This document shows positions 59,084-64,000 of a stretch of DNA of 64,000 bases, one piece after another. Position numbers and translations under genes: made by a program. The stretch is from Minisyncoccales bacterium (GTDB lineage Bacteria > Patescibacteriota > Minisyncoccia > Minisyncoccales > JBAMLS01). The stretch spans positions 3,504 to 67,503 of the forward strand of contig JBAMLS010000001.1 in assembly GCA_039793445.1 (NCBI GenBank). Reading direction: 5' to 3'. The first letter of the stretch is position 1. Each line of letters starts with the position of its first letter. The notes beneath the pieces were generated by a model, which saw only the letters and a list, made by a program, of their open reading frames with translations, did no database searches and had not been told where the DNA came from.

Positions 59084-59695
59084 TTATAAATTTCTGGCAA
59101 AAATAGCGGTTTTTAAATCAATTTTCTCATCCACTTTTTTAAGAGAAAGAAGTATATGTATTAAACTATCACCCCAAAAACTTATATTTTCTACATATTC
59201 TCCAACTGTTTTTTCTTCTAAAACACAGGGTTTGGGCAAAATAAGATTTCCGTTTTCTTCTTTTTTATCATTCCATTTAAAATAACTTTGACACACATTA
59301 CAATCTTCAAAACAATAAACTAAATATTGTCTTCTTATTTCTTTTGTAGAACTAACAAAATAGTATCTAACATAATAATAATTAGCGCCTAAATTTTGAT
59401 AAGGAGAAGGATAGTGTCCATCTTCAAATTCTATTTCAGAAGGTGGAGGGAAATTTTCGTTATCTTTTATTTGAGGTAATGGAGTAACAATTTCTTTTGC
59501 CTGTCTTAATTCTCTTGATAGCCTTTCTAAAATAATTCTTCCATTTTGTAAAATTTCTGCCCTATTTTCTCCTTTTAAATATAGTTTTTGGCCTGCTAAA
59601 TATAATTCTAAAAGAGCAATAAAAACTAAAGAAAACATTAAAATAACTACTAAAGATTCGGCTATTGTAAAACCTTTTGATTTTATTATTTCCAT
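59084..59695 (-). CDS. Type IV prepilin-like protein (pseudopilin/minor pilin)
   Basis: Class III signal MEIIKSKGFTIAESLVVILMF (G|FTIAE with Glu+5). Confidence 0.6.
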   Translation of the reverse strand: MEIIKSKGFTIAESLVVILMFSLVFIALLELYLAGQKLYLKGENRAEILQNGRIILERLSRELRQAKEIVTPLPQIKDNENFPPPSEIEFEDGHYPSPYQNLGANYYYVRYYFVSSTKEIRRQYLVYCFEDCNVCQSYFKWNDKKEENGNLILPKPCVLEEKTVGEYVENISFWGDSLIHILLSLKKVDEKIDLKTAIFARNL

Positions 59696-59699
59696 AAAA

Positions 59700-60104
59700 T
59701 TATCTATCGGTAATTAAACTTTTGATTTCAGTTATTTTTCTCATTTTAAAAGGTGTATTATAAAAAACTGTTATTTCAATTTTTTTTAAACCTTTGTCTT
59801 GTGAAATTTCAGAGAAATTTTCATCAATAAAAGTAATTCTTGTTTGGCGTGAAAATTTCTCAAAAGGAAATTCTAATGAACTTTCTGTCGTTGTACCAAT
59901 TGAAACATCTTTATATGATTTAGAAAAAAGTTCTTCCATTTTTTCTGAAGCTAAAAAAATGCTTTGAGTTTTAATTTTATTATTTTCTTCTAAATTTAAA
60001 GCGACTGGAAAAATATAAATCACAAAAACAATTCCCAAAGTTAAAACCGAAATAGCAATCAATGTTTCTAAAATAGTAAAGCCAAAATTGTTTCTTTTTA
60101 ACAT
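59700..60104 (-). CDS. Type IV prepilin-like protein
   Basis: MLKRNNFGFTILETLIAISVL prepilin cleavage/methylation motif. Confidence 0.65.
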   Translation of the reverse strand: MLKRNNFGFTILETLIAISVLTLGIVFVIYIFPVALNLEENNKIKTQSIFLASEKMEELFSKSYKDVSIGTTTESSLEFPFEKFSRQTRITFIDENFSEISQDKGLKKIEITVFYNTPFKMRKITEIKSLITDR

Positions 60105-60106
60105 TT

Positions 60107-60538
60107 TTATTTTAAAATTTTAGAAAAACCAGAAGGCGTAACCAGTATTTTCATTTGTTTTCCTGTTTTTCCCTCTAAAATTATATCTCCACTATCTTTA
60201 ACAGCGCCATATATATTAAATATAACTTTTTGTTCTGGAAAATTAATCTCAGTAAAATTTATTTCTGTAGGGAGTTTTTTTGTTATAATTTCTTTAATAG
60301 GCGTTTCCTCTTTTAAGATTGTATAACTTGAAGTTGAGGTAGAAAAAACTACACTAAAATTAGCTTGCTCTGATAAAGCTAATTCTTGGGCATATCTTAA
60401 ATCAGTCAAAAGATCTCTTACCGACGATTCAAGTTTTAAAGTAGAAAAAACTTTCAAAATAGCAGCAAAAGAAATAGAACCTAAAATTATAATTAAAAAA
60501 ATAGAAATCATTAACTCAAAAGTTGTAAAGCCATGCAT
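60107..60538 (-). CDS. Type IV prepilin-like protein (GspH/FimT-like)
   Basis: MHGFTTFELMISIFLIIIL prepilin motif. Confidence 0.6.
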   Translation of the reverse strand: MHGFTTFELMISIFLIIILGSISFAAILKVFSTLKLESSVRDLLTDLRYAQELALSEQANFSVVFSTSTSSYTILKEETPIKEIITKKLPTEINFTEINFPEQKVIFNIYGAVKDSGDIILEGKTGKQMKILVTPSGFSKILK

Positions 60539-60544
60539 AAAATT

Positions 60545-61774
60545 TTATTTAATCCCTTTTAAAATAGAAAACATAGGCTGTAACATTGAAATAGCAAAAA
60601 ATCCTACAGCAGCGCCTATAATTAAAATTAAAGCAGGTTCAATGATACTTGATAATCTTTTTGTTTTTCTTGTAACTTCAACTTCATAAAAATCTGCGAG
60701 CTTTGCTAAAATAGATGGCATTTCACCACTTTCTTCTCCTACTTCCATCATTTGACTAACTAATGGATAAAATAAATTTTCGTAATTTTTAATTGCTTTT
60801 GAAAGCTTTCCCCCCTTTTGCACATCTTTAATTGCTTCTTTAAAAACTTCTTTATAATATATATTTCCCATTGCTTCTGAAATAATTTCTAAAGATCTTA
60901 AAATTGCCACCCCAGAACCCAAAAGTGTACTAAGCATTCTTAATGCCACGGCTATATTTGTTTCTTTGGAAATACTAGAAAAAATTGGCAGCTTTAATAA
61001 AAATAAATCACGAGCTTTTTTACCGGATTGACTTTTAAATAAAAAATAAAAAATAAAAAATAAAATAATTATAAAAATTAAAAATATTTTCCAATGAGAA
61101 ACAGCAAACATTGTTCCATTTAAAATAAGTTTTGTAGTAAAAGGTAGGGGTACATTTAATTCTGAAAAGGCGATTTGTATTTTTGGAACAATAAAAAAAA
61201 TCATAAAAATTCCAATGCCAATTAAAGTGCTTAAAATAATAAGTGGATAAATCATTGCAGATTTTACATCAGATAAAAGAGTGTATTCTCTTTCCATTTG
61301 GTCTGCCAAATTATTTAAAACCCCTTCAAGATTGCCTGTTTCCTCGCCTATTTTTATTGTTTCAGAATAAAATGGCGGAAAAATATCTTTAAAATCTGCC
61401 AAAGATTGAGAAAAAGTACCGCCTCTAATAATTTTTTTACTTATCTCATTTAAGGCGTATTTAAATTTTTTGTTTTTAACTTGTTTACTTAAAATCAAAA
61501 TTGCCTTTGAAAATGAAATACCACTAGATATCATTACAGCTAAATTTCTGGAAAAGAAAATTTTTTCGGTAATTGGCACTTTAGAAAATTTATCAAAAAA
61601 ACTAAGTTTTATTTCTTTTTCTTCTTTTTGGCTTTCTGTTAATTCAGAAGCTTCGACAAGAAAATAACCTCGTTCCTGCAATTTTTTTGAAAGAGTTTGA
61701 ATATCTTTTGTCAATAAAGTTCCTTTCTCTTCTTGCCCTTTTAAATTTTTAGCGGTATAAAAATATTCTGGCAT
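60545..61774 (-). CDS. pilC: Type IV pilus / T2SS platform protein (GspF/PilC family)
   Basis: Two T2SSF repeats, 3 TM; characteristic SGISFSKAILIL and LLGSGVAILRSLEI blocks. Confidence 0.85.
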   Translation of the reverse strand: MPEYFYTAKNLKGQEEKGTLLTKDIQTLSKKLQERGYFLVEASELTESQKEEKEIKLSFFDKFSKVPITEKIFFSRNLAVMISSGISFSKAILILSKQVKNKKFKYALNEISKKIIRGGTFSQSLADFKDIFPPFYSETIKIGEETGNLEGVLNNLADQMEREYTLLSDVKSAMIYPLIILSTLIGIGIFMIFFIVPKIQIAFSELNVPLPFTTKLILNGTMFAVSHWKIFLIFIIILFFIFYFLFKSQSGKKARDLFLLKLPIFSSISKETNIAVALRMLSTLLGSGVAILRSLEIISEAMGNIYYKEVFKEAIKDVQKGGKLSKAIKNYENLFYPLVSQMMEVGEESGEMPSILAKLADFYEVEVTRKTKRLSSIIEPALILIIGAAVGFFAISMLQPMFSILKGIK

Positions 61775-61775
61775 A

Positions 61776-63518
61776 TTATTCTGAAATTACTCTTAAAACT
61801 TCTTCAATAGAAGTAATACCTCTAGCAGCTTTTAGAAAACCATCTTCTACCATCAAAATCATACCTTCTTTAATTGCTTGTTCTTGAATTACATCAGAAG
61901 ATGCTCTTTTTAAAATTAATTCTTTTATTGTCTCACTAATTTTTAAAACTTCATATATCCCTATTCTTCCTTTGTAACCTTCTTCTTTGTCCTTTGGTCT
62001 AAAAAAATTAAGAGATTCAATAGTTTGATTCCTTTTTAAAATATTTTCTTTTCGCAATATCTCTTCTATTCTTTTTAAATCACATAATTTTGAAATATTA
62101 TCAATTTCACTTTTTGATAATCGATGTTTTTCTTTAAAATCTGGATTTAATCTTCTCACTAACCTTTGAGCAATAATTAAATCTAAAGTAGAAGCCAATA
62201 AAAATGGTTCGCATTTCATATCTAATAATCTTGGAATAGCGCCAGCAGCCGAATTTGTATGCAAGGTAGATAACACTAAATGGCCAGTTAAGGCTGCATT
62301 TACAGCAAGGGAAGCGGTTTCTTCGTCTCTTATTTCTCCTATCATAATAATATCAGGATCTTGACGCAAGAGTGATCTTAAACAATTTGCAAAAGTTAAA
62401 CCAATTTTAGGATTAATTTGGGTTTGATTAATTCTTGGAATTTGATATTCAATTGGGTCTTCAACAGTAGAAATATTCACCTGAGGAGTATTTAAAATTT
62501 CAAGCATAGAATAAAGCGTAGTTGTTTTGCCAGAACCAGTAGGACCTGTGGCTAATATCATTCCAGATGTTTTTCTTAATGCTAATTGTATTCTTTCTAA
62601 AGATTCTTCCCAAAAACCTAATTCCTCTAATGTAAAACCCTTAACGTTTTCTGGTAAAAGACGCATCACCACTTTTTCTCCAAAATAAACTGGTAAAATT
62701 GAAACTCTTATAGAATATTTTAAATCTGAAGTCTCAAATTTAAATCTTCCATCTTGAGGTAAACGATGTTCATCTAATTTTAAATTACTTAAAATTTTAA
62801 TTCTTGCTACAATTCCCGTAGATACAGTTAAAGGTAAACTCATCGCATCTCTTAAAACACCATCTATTCTATATCTTACCAATACCTCTTTTTCTGTAGG
62901 TTCAATATGAATATCCGAAGCTCTTTGTAAAATGGCATGTTTAATTAAAGTATCAACAATTTTAACAATTGGTAATTCTTGACCTGCTTTTTCCAGTTCT
63001 TCTTTACTTCCTTCTACTTCTTCTATTTTAACTGATTTAACTTGATCTGACTCTCCTTTAATAATAGATCCAAATTCTTTTTCTAAACTTTCTTGATATT
63101 GTCTCAAAACATTTTTTATACTTTCTTTATTGGTAAGACGAGGTAAAATTTTAAAATCACCCGCTTTTTTTATAAAATCAATTGTTTTTAAATCTTCTGG
63201 ATCTAGCATAGCAACTTCCAACACTTTTCCTTTTTTTCTAAAAGCAACTACATTATAAGTTCTGGCAATTGGTTCTGGAATTATTCTTAAAACATCAGGA
63301 GGAATAACTTCTTTCTCTAAATTAATAAAGGGAATTCCCAATATATAGGCTTTTAATTTAATTAAATTTTCATCACTAATAAAACCGCGAGATACCAATA
63401 GATCCTCAATTTTTTCATCTTTTTCTTTACTTTCTTTTAAAAGAGAGTCAAAGGTTTTTGCGTCAATTAAATCTGCGTCAACCATAAAAGCCTTTAATTG
63501 TTCCGGCTCAACAAGCAT
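61776..63518 (-). CDS. pilB: Type IV pilus assembly ATPase (GspE/PilB family)
   Basis: N-terminal T2SSE_N domain; Walker A ATGPTGSGKTTTLYSML; Asp box and His box (LSTLHTNSAAG). Confidence 0.85.
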   Translation of the reverse strand: MLVEPEQLKAFMVDADLIDAKTFDSLLKESKEKDEKIEDLLVSRGFISDENLIKLKAYILGIPFINLEKEVIPPDVLRIIPEPIARTYNVVAFRKKGKVLEVAMLDPEDLKTIDFIKKAGDFKILPRLTNKESIKNVLRQYQESLEKEFGSIIKGESDQVKSVKIEEVEGSKEELEKAGQELPIVKIVDTLIKHAILQRASDIHIEPTEKEVLVRYRIDGVLRDAMSLPLTVSTGIVARIKILSNLKLDEHRLPQDGRFKFETSDLKYSIRVSILPVYFGEKVVMRLLPENVKGFTLEELGFWEESLERIQLALRKTSGMILATGPTGSGKTTTLYSMLEILNTPQVNISTVEDPIEYQIPRINQTQINPKIGLTFANCLRSLLRQDPDIIMIGEIRDEETASLAVNAALTGHLVLSTLHTNSAAGAIPRLLDMKCEPFLLASTLDLIIAQRLVRRLNPDFKEKHRLSKSEIDNISKLCDLKRIEEILRKENILKRNQTIESLNFFRPKDKEEGYKGRIGIYEVLKISETIKELILKRASSDVIQEQAIKEGMILMVEDGFLKAARGITSIEEVLRVISE

Positions 63519-63541
63519 AAATTTTTAAAAACAGATTAAAA

Positions 63542-63910
63542 CTATTTAAAGAAAGCATTTATCTTTTCAACAATTTCATGAGGAGTAAAATTTGACTTTA
63601 CAAAATAATGTAAAACATTATAACTTAATACTTTTTCAATACTTTGATTATCTTCTAAATTTGTAAGCACAATTACTGGAATATCTTTAGTTTCTTCATC
63701 TTTTTTTAATTCCTCTAACACTTCAAAACCATTCATTTTAGGTAAAATTAAATCTAAAATAATTAAATCTGGTTTTTCTCTTTTTGCCAAATTAACCCCT
63801 CCTTTTCCTTCTAAAGACGATATCACTGTGTATCCATTTGTTTGTAACATCTGAGAAAGAGTTTTTTGGAGAGAAAATTCATCTTCAATAAATAAAATTT
63901 TTTTAGACAT
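63542..63910 (-). CDS. Stand-alone response-regulator receiver (CheY-like) protein
   Basis: ILFIEDEF acidic pocket, phospho-acceptor Asp in LIILDLILP, conserved Thr/Lys positions; 122 aa with no output domain. Confidence 0.8.
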   Translation of the reverse strand: MSKKILFIEDEFSLQKTLSQMLQTNGYTVISSLEGKGGVNLAKREKPDLIILDLILPKMNGFEVLEELKKDEETKDIPVIVLTNLEDNQSIEKVLSYNVLHYFVKSNFTPHEIVEKINAFFK

Positions 63911-63913
63911 ATT

Positions 63914-64000
63914 TTATGAAGAAATTGGCAAAAAAAACCAAAACTTACTTCCTTTATTATATTTTGAAATAAACCCTATTTTACCGCCCATTAATTCAAC
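63914..64000 (-). CDS. Partial CDS (C-terminal 28 aa): probable sensor histidine kinase ATPase-domain tail
   Basis: ...ELMGGKIGFISKYNKGSKFWFFLPISS* matches the HATPase_c G2-box/C-terminal pattern (GG.I.v.Se.gkGS.F.f.LP). Stop codon at 63914-63916; the gene continues beyond the window. Confidence 0.4.
   Translation of the reverse strand, partial: VELMGGKIGFISKYNKGSKFWFFLPISS

Noticed and set aside
595-61667. About thirty short ORFs of 60-130 aa from the six-frame track that sit antisense or out of frame inside strong CDSs. Examples: 595-780, 1228-1434, 7143-7373, 12320-12541, 15135-15344, 16753-17064, 18733-18981, 23843-24157, 26224-26568, 32063-32335, 40188-40478, 43296-43595, 47955-48335, 48705-48932, 49363-49633, 50338-50823, 52901-53394, 55489-55761, 56319-56522, 59052-59285 and 61470-61667.
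   Set aside because: In an AT-rich genome the antisense of Lys/Asn/Ile-rich genes is often stop-poor. All of these have Phe/Leu/Ile/Lys low-complexity translations, no recognisable motifs, and overlap genes with strong family signatures. I treat them as spurious.
1-64000. CRISPR arrays, transposases/IS elements, integrases, prophage genes, rRNA genes, toxin-antitoxin pairs, retron/DGR reverse transcriptases
   Set aside because: I scanned the intergenic regions and all ORF translations. I found no direct-repeat/spacer periodicity, no DDE/tyrosine-recombinase/RT motifs, and no rRNA-like GC-rich blocks. The only structured RNAs found are tRNA-Leu and tmRNA, and the only mobile-type element is the nrdD intein.

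Overview
This window is almost entirely coding. It is AT-rich (GC looks well under 35% by eye) and looks like a reduced-genome bacterium, plausibly Candidate Phyla Radiation (Patescibacteria)-like. That lineage call is an inference from three things: archaeal/eukaryote-type housekeeping enzymes (dimeric GlyRS, archaeal-type UMP kinase, type-2 IleS), minimal versions of Mfd and RelA, and a competence/type IV pilus gene set.

Gene content:
- Seven aminoacyl-tRNA synthetases: hisS, leuS, cysS, metG, glyS, ileS, argS.
- nrdD-nrdG (anaerobic ribonucleotide reductase), with a roughly 474-aa intein inside nrdD.
- topA, mfd, dprA, recO, polX, clpB, ndk, htrA, lepB, pth.
- A smpB to tmRNA to infC-rpmI-rplT block.
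- A right-hand type IV pilus locus: pilB, pilC, three prepilin-like genes, a large Cys-rich PilX-like protein, pilMNO, a stand-alone ComEC-type metallo-beta-lactamase protein, a response regulator and a histidine-kinase tail.
- RNA genes read directly from sequence: tRNA-Leu(CAA) at 22505-22588 and tmRNA (ssrA) at 44506-44852. Neither is in the ORF track.
- The track also misses rpmI (59 aa) and starts infC too late; the real gene begins upstream at a non-ATG codon.

Most unusual observations:
1. ileS carries an intact histidine-phosphatase (PGAM-like, RHG...H) domain inserted between the two CxxC halves of its zinc knuckle.
2. A 120-nt GC-rich patch with completely different codon usage covers the most conserved active-site loop of nrdD.
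3. ComEC is split into a membrane competence-domain gene (2089-3264) and a separate beta-lactamase-domain gene in the pilus operon (54314-55144).
4. A Nudix (Ap4A-hydrolase-like) domain is fused to an MGMT catalytic-domain in one protein.

I found no CRISPR array, transposase, integrase or rRNA.
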